Origin: Nymphaea colorata
Taxonomy: Eukaryota
DNA: 64,000 nt
Reading direction: 5' to 3'
Assembly: GCF_008831285.2 (NCBI RefSeq)
Contig: NC_045138.2
Span: 5,642,001-5,706,000 of the forward strand
This document shows, one piece after another, positions 60,981 through 64,000 of the stretch. Under the pieces are notes generated by a model. That model was not told the origin of the DNA. It saw nothing but the letters and a program-made list of their open reading frames with translations, and searched no databases. The position numbers and the translations under genes are program-made. The first letter of the stretch is position 1. The number at the start of each line of letters is the position of its first letter.

Positions 60981-63900
60981 CTAGACATAAAATTTCTTGA
61001 AGTGAATGGCATTAACAGGATCGGCAAATTCCACCCCATCAGCATCAATTAGTCGGTATGAATTGTGGGGCAAAACTTCCTTAATGACATATGGGCCTTC
61101 CCAATTTGGTGCCCACTTGCCTCGTGGTCGTCTTCTCAGGTACACTGCAGATCGTAGGACCAAATCATTTACTTTGAACTGTTTCTCGATAACTGACTTG
61201 GCAAATTGTCTGGCTACCCTTTGGCAATAAGCTTCAGCATGTTCAGTCGCTTTTAGCCTCTTTTCATCTAGCAAATCGAGTTGCACTAGCCTTTTTTGTT
61301 GATATTGAGTAAGAGGGAGCTTTATGAGAGAAGCAAACTTCAAAGCAGGTTTCAACACATGTAATGGTAGAACCACTTCTGTTCCATAGACTATCTCTGC
61401 TGGAGTGGCATTCGTTGGAGTTCTCATAGTGGTGCGATATGCCCATAGAGCGTTGTGCATCTTTTCATGCCAATCTCTTTCAGTTTCTACTATCTGTTCC
61501 AAGATGTGGATCAGAATCTTGTTGGTAGCCTCTGCTTGTCCATTGCCTTGGGGGTAATAAGGAGCTGAAAAATGGTGCGTGATGTGGTATTTGCTGCACA
61601 ATTGCCTCATCTTTTCATTCTTGAAATGAGTTCCGTTGTCTGATACTATATCATGAGGGACTCCAAATCTGCAAAGAAGATTTTTGTGAATGAAGGACAC
61701 TACATGACATCCTTCCACTGTTCTGAGTGTGACGACTTCTACCCACTTGGTAAAATAATCTGTTGCAGCAAGAAAATACTTATGGCCGTTAGAAGCTGCA
61801 GGGGATATCGGTCCGACTACGTCAAAGGCTCACATTGAAAACGGCCAAGGAGATGTCACAGAATGCAAGTGAGAGGCTGGGGCATGAATTACTGGAGCAT
61901 GCAGTTGACATTCTTTGCAACTTTTGACAAATTGGTGACAATCTTTTTGCATGGTAGGCCAATAATACTCTGCTCGAATTATTTGTTTGGTTAGGGTTTG
62001 GTAACCAACATGGCCTCCACAATCTCCTCGATGTGATTCTTCGATTACTTTCTTTGTCTCATCTTCATCAAGGCACCGAGAGTATTCAGTGCTAAATCTA
62101 TGTCTGTATAATACCCCTGTTATGATAAAGTACCTTGCTGACATACATTGTATTGCTTTTTGTTCATTTTTAGACATTTCAGTCGGGAATTCTCCGCTTT
62201 CAATGTACCTTTTGATGTCATGGTACCAAGGCGTATTCCTCCCTTGGATATGATGAACATGCACCATCGTTTCAAAAGTAGGGTGTTCTAATCTTCCAAT
62301 CTCAAAAGAACGGATTGCTTCATTGGTTCGAAAAGTGATGGTCGATCTTAAGCTCGCGAGGCCATCCGCAATAGGGTTACCTTCTCTCTTTACGTGAGCC
62401 AATTGTACTTCTTCGAATTGACAGATTAAGGAGGTAGCAATTTCTTGATATGGCACCAACTTTTCATCTTTGACTTACCATTCTCCATTCACTTGGTTTA
62501 TAATAAGCTGATAGTCGCTGAAGGCATGTACTCTTTTCACTTGAAAACTCAATAAAGAACGAAGTCCTTGTATGATGGCTTTATATTCAGCCATGTTATG
62601 GGTACATGGAAAATCAAGTTTCAAAGAGTACGAGATCATTTCGCTTTCTGGAGTGATGAGTAAGATGCCTATGCCTGCTCCCATCACATTTCTGGACCCG
62701 TCAAAGTACATCTTCCATGTCGGAACTGTTTCCAATCTTAGTACATGTTCATCTGGAAACTCATCATTTGTTCTGATTTCTTCGTACTGAGGGAAGTCTG
62801 CTAACTGATCTGCAATTGTTTGTCCTTTGATTGACTTTTAAGACACATATTCAAGATCATATTGCATCAACAGAACTTGCCATTTTGCGATACGCCCATT
62901 AAGGAATGGTTGTTCCAAGATGTACTTGAGAGGATTTAGTTTGGAGAGTATCTTGACCTCACAAGCTAATAAATAATGTCTCAACTTCTGACACATCCAA
63001 ACCAATGCCAGACAAGTTTTCTCTATTGGAGAGTACTTCTTTTCGTACTGAACAAAAGTCTTGCTAATGTAATAGATTGCATATTCAATGCGACTTCCTT
63101 CTCATATTATGCCAAAAAGCCGCCACATGCTGACTCATTAACTGTGATGTAAAGCAGCAGTGGTGTACCCAACGTTGGTGGTTTTAGAATTGGTGGATTT
63201 AGAAGGTATTTCTTGATCCTTTTGAATGACTGTTGGCATTCAAAACCCCATTCAAACTTGGCACATTTCCTCAATAGCTGGTTGAATGGCTCGCATCTCA
63301 TGGCTAGATTGGAAATGAATCGTCTGATGGATTGGATTCGTCCTTGCATGCTTCGCAACTCCTTGATATAGGTAGGTGGTGGCATATCGATTATTGTCTT
63401 AGCTTTTGTAAGATCCATTTCAATTCCCTTCTTACTGTCCATGAAACCAAACAGTTTGCTTGACTCAACCACAAACACACATTTTTGAGGATTCAGGCGA
63501 AGCTTGTACTGTAAAAGCCTCTCGAATACTTGGGCAAGAGTTTCAATGTGATCTTCTCTTGTCTTGAATTTGGTCAAGTTGTCATCGATATATGCATCCA
63601 TGATTTTATGCATCTGGTCATGGAAGATGGCGGCCATGGCTCTTTGATAGGTTGCTCCAGCATTCTTCAACCCAAATGGCATTACCGTGCAACAAAAAGT
63701 ACCCCAAGGTGTAGTAAAAGTGGTCTTAGGTTGATCTTTGACTGCTAATTTGATTTGATTATATCCTGAATATCCATCCATGAAAGAAAACATTGCATGG
63801 CATGCAGTACTGTCTACCAATAGATCAATGTTTGGAAGAGGATAATCATCCTTCGGTGTGGTTTTGTTCAAGTCTCAAAAGTTGATGCACAACCTAACTT

Positions 63901-64000
63901 TGCCATTTTTCTTGGGGACCACCACGATGTTCGCCAACCATTCGGGGTAATCGATGGCACGAATGAATTTTGCCTTTAGCAAGTCCTCTAGTCCTTCTTT
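60981..64000 (-). pseudogene. pol: Gypsy pol remnant: RT (~63200-64000), RNase H (~62830-63200), additional archaeal-type RNase H (~62330-62725), integrase (~60981-62050)
   Basis: RT: PKDDYPLP, FMDGYSGYNQI, VMPFGLKNAGATYQR, YIDD. Additional RNase H: WKMYFDGS...NMAEY...HVKREGNPIAD. Integrase: HHCC finger, VSDNGTHF, YPQGNGQAE, WEGPY. Broken by stops and frameshifts. Confidence 0.93.

Larger units (their letters stand above)
57008..64000 (-). mobile_element. Ty3/gypsy LTR retrotransposon, Tat/Ogre type, 3' portion (continues beyond the window)
   Basis: Minus-strand order RT, RNase H, additional RNase H, integrase, 3' UTR repeats, PPT, long LTR. Confidence 0.92.

Overview
Plant (angiosperm) nuclear DNA. 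Positions ~1-57,000 are a young tandem array of a ~14 kb cassette. Each cassette holds two paralogous two-exon cytochrome P450 genes of CYP82 type: paralog A, and pseudogenised paralog B, whose exon 1 is split by one old, dead Ty1/copia insertion that was amplified along with the cassette. Five A copies and six B/copia copies or part-copies are visible, plus a 100-N scaffold gap at 31222-31321. Only A4 (37622-40456, 509 aa) is intact as assembled. The last copy (55.5-57.0 kb) keeps the ancestral junction (5' LTR, target-site duplication) and is itself interrupted by a minus-strand Ty3/gypsy element of Tat/Ogre type (3.45 kb LTR; RT-RH-aRH-INT) that runs off the window end. The most novel-looking signal is seven tandem units in the Ogre 3' UTR that each fit an H-type pseudoknot on the element's sense strand, with compensatory changes. 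Family and lineage names come from motif recognition only; no searches were run.
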